From: Candidatus Latescibacterota bacterium
Lineage (GTDB): Bacteria > Latescibacterota > UBA2968
Reading direction: 5' to 3'
Assembly (NCBI GenBank): GCA_965198115.1
Contig: OZ240241.1
Coordinates: 512,001-576,000, forward strand
Length of the DNA stretch: 64,000 bases
Part shown: one piece after another, positions 61,661 to 64,000 of the stretch
Layout of the letters: each line of letters opens with the position of its first letter
Numbering within the stretch: position 1 is the first letter of the stretch
Program-made: the position numbers and the translations under genes
The notes under the pieces: generated by a model
What the model saw: the letters and a program-made list of their open reading frames with translations, nothing else
What the model was told of the DNA's origin: nothing
The model's database searches: none

Positions 61661-62323
61661 TTCTCGGCCTACCTCTCCCCCGCTGTTTTCCAATTCCCGT
61701 ACCACACCGAACTCTCCGGTAGCGACTCTCCGTCGGTCCACGATGGCTGCATTGTCTTGAACTCCGACATTGCCGGCCTTACCACGTCAGCCCACAGGTT
61801 CTCGACGTCGTCGAAGGTGGTCAGACGGTGCGTGGGTTGTGTCTTCGCGTAGTCTGACAGAAGCTCTTTCGCTTTTTCACCCAGCCACTCGATTTCGTCC
61901 CGTACCATCCGTTCGCCGACCTGTCTGTTGGTCTGACGGACCGTTTTGCCCATTGCGAAGTGAGGGCCCGGGTCGTCTTCCGGTGGGAGTCTCGACAGAT
62001 CGACCGATTCGGGCTCGATGGCCCATAAGAGGGACGTCTCGACCTTCCCCGCGTGGTCTCCACCGCTGTTTCCATCCTCGTCGAAGCCGGGCCGATTGGC
62101 TTCGAAATCGGGGAGGCTGTAGAGGCGTGTTCCGACGTGCGGTTGAACGAGCTCGACGAGGGTCTTGAGGTCCTGCCAGTTGGGGCCGTAGTGACCCGTG
62201 ATGAAAAGGGCGGCGTGAAACCCGAGTGCGTCGGCCTGGCGGATGTGGTAGCAGATGTTCTTGAAATGTTGCCAAGGCGGCACGCACGTAAGCCAGGAGC
62301 GTTCGGGTTGGCCGACCGATCGT

Positions 62324-63697
62324 GAGCTCAGGTCAATAGGTGTGTAAAAGAAATCAGGCGGCCATCTTCCCGGTTTCGACCTGCGGTCCGGTTGAGTGTT
62401 TCTGATCGTAGACTTGTTGTAGCAAGTGTGGCGCGGTGAGTTTCCTGAATCGGCTCTCTGCGACCTTGAGCGTACGCCAGATGAGAGTCGTGGCGTTCCT
62501 GACTTTCTTGAATCGCCTGGCGGCGTTTGTGCGAAGCCGAACGGAAGCAAAGGGGCTCTCGACGACGTTCGTGGTTCTCAGGTGTTTCCAGTGTTCCTTC
62601 GGGAAGTCGTAGAACGTGACCATCCGATCCCAGTCTCTTTCGAGCGTCTCCACGGCGGCAGGGAACTGTGAGCGATACCGTGCGGCAAAGCGTTTCCGGA
62701 GCTTCTCGGCCTCCTTTTTCGTGCCGGCATAGGGGATCTGGACGAGCAGTGCGCGGGCTTCAGCCTGTGCACGCTTGGCGACCTTGTCGAGCACGTTGAG
62801 GATCTTGTGGTTCCAGCACCGTTGTTGCCGGCTCTCTGGCCAGACCTGATCAACGGCCGCCCAGATGCCCATATTCCCGTCCGCGGCGATCAGGACAGGA
62901 TGTTCGAGCCCGCGATCCCGGAGATCCCGGAGCACCGTGAGCCAGGATTCTGTAGACTCTCGATAACCGGGTTCTATCGCCAGGATCTCCTTGCTGCCGT
63001 CGCTCATCGCGCCGATCACGACCAGCAGACACGCCTTCTCGCGCTCGAGCCCGGCTTTGACGTAGATGCCATCAGCCCAGGCGTAGACCAGTTCGCGATT
63101 ATCCAGACGCCTTTCTTTCCAGTCCTGGAAGTCGACCTCCCACTTCCCTCGAAGACGAGCGATCGAGGTCGGCGAAAGCGGCGCGCCATCACCGAGCAGC
63201 GCACGCAAAGACAACTCGAAGTCGCCCTGGGAGAGACCGTGGAGATAAAGGTCGGGAAGCAGATCTCCAATGGCCCTGGTTCTCCGGGCGAACAGGGGGA
63301 GGATGCGGCTTTCAAACCGCTCTTCCAGACCACGAACCCGGGGACGCCGGACCTTGATCGTTCCGCAGCTCGTCGAGAGACGCCGGGGCTTGCCGTAGCC
63401 GTTCCTGTAGCCCCTGGAGCTATCAACCTCGGCTCGGCGCTCATACCACGACCGGCCCAAGAACGCGGTCGCCTCCTCCTCCAGAATGGACTGGAACCGG
63501 CCCTGGATCTCTTCACGGATCCAATCGTCAACCGTCTCCCACGTCGGCATGGACTTCAATGGGGCTCTATGCGTATGTTCCTTCACGGCGATCCTCCTTC
63601 CCAACCGGGCCTCTCACCCGGTTTTGTGTGAATCAACTATCTCACGGGAAGGGTAGGGTCGCCCTTTCTCTTTTTCCACACCTTTTGATTATAGCTC
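62324..63697 (-). mobile_element. IS256-family insertion sequence
   Basis: TIRs GAGCTCAGGTCAATAGGTGTG / GAGCTATAATCAAAAGGTGTG; perfect 8-bp TSD CCGATCGT (62316-62323, 63698-63705). Confidence 0.95.
62354..63586 (-). CDS. IS256-family transposase
   Basis: RNGY, WADG, ADG, QRCWNHK, RTTNVVES; SD AAGGAGG before GTG 63586. Confidence 0.95.
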   Translation of the reverse strand: MKEHTHRAPLKSMPTWETVDDWIREEIQGRFQSILEEEATAFLGRSWYERRAEVDSSRGYRNGYGKPRRLSTSCGTIKVRRPRVRGLEERFESRILPLFARRTRAIGDLLPDLYLHGLSQGDFELSLRALLGDGAPLSPTSIARLRGKWEVDFQDWKERRLDNRELVYAWADGIYVKAGLEREKACLLVVIGAMSDGSKEILAIEPGYRESTESWLTVLRDLRDRGLEHPVLIAADGNMGIWAAVDQVWPESRQQRCWNHKILNVLDKVAKRAQAEARALLVQIPYAGTKKEAEKLRKRFAARYRSQFPAAVETLERDWDRMVTFYDFPKEHWKHLRTTNVVESPFASVRLRTNAARRFKKVRNATTLIWRTLKVAESRFRKLTAPHLLQQVYDQKHSTGPQVETGKMAA

Positions 63698-64000
63698 CCG
63701 ATCGTTCAGACCAGAGCGCATAGCCGCCGATTTCGTGGATGTGCCAGTAGTCGGGCGGCGCGACGATGCCGCCGTGAGCGTGGGCGGCTCGGCAGGCGAT
63801 GCCGTGGGCTTTGATCGCGTCGAGTCCCACGGCGTTCTGCGGTCCGTGGGGTTCGCACAGCCCGTAGGTGAACCAGGCGAGGGGACAGTCGGCGAAGGCG
63901 GCTTCCAGTTCGTCGGGGAACATGCGTTCCCATCGGACTTCTCGTCTCATTTTATTGGACCCTTCCTCTGCCAGCGACACGCCACGTTGCTTCGACGAAC

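Larger units (their letters stand above)
61669..63950 (-). pseudogene. Creatininase-family protein interrupted by IS256
   Basis: N-part EPHG..NAVGLD; C-part TGHYG and GDHAGKVETS; removing the IS and one TSD copy restores ...WSERSVGQPE... Confidence 0.92.

Overview
High-GC bacterial chromosomal segment. Gene content (TonB receptor/T9SS-CTD-like cargo/PorV-like barrel cassette, GWxTD protein, DUF6785-type membrane protein) suggests an FCB-group lineage such as Ca. Latescibacterota; this is inference only. Left ~24 kb: envelope/accessory genes on the minus strand (TPR-parvulin, His-motif membrane protein, GT-C/TPR glycosyltransferase, PorV-like barrel, CTD cargo, TonB-dependent receptor, DUF6785-like, GWxTD-TPR, Zn-ADH, gmd, GlmU-like). 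Middle: housekeeping operons (slt, rdgB-rph, DnaC-like ATPase, amidase, smpB, mnmG, bioB, efp-accB-accC-gcvH, trpS-scpA-scpB-rluB-cmk-plsC-rpsA, mtaB, mutS). Right end: an atypical RelA/SpoT homolog and small enzymes. Four IS elements have mappable ends (two IS630, one ISL3, one IS256 that disrupts a creatininase-family gene), plus a MITE-like element. Most notable: a ~370-nt structured non-coding segment at 20.0-20.4 kb resembling an IS110-type right end/bridge RNA without its recombinase; the TBDR-cargo-PorV triad; a DnaC/IstB-like ATPase inside a core operon; and a hydrolase-degenerate Rel paralog. Several single-base frameshifts may be assembly errors. No tRNA, rRNA or CRISPR array was recognised.
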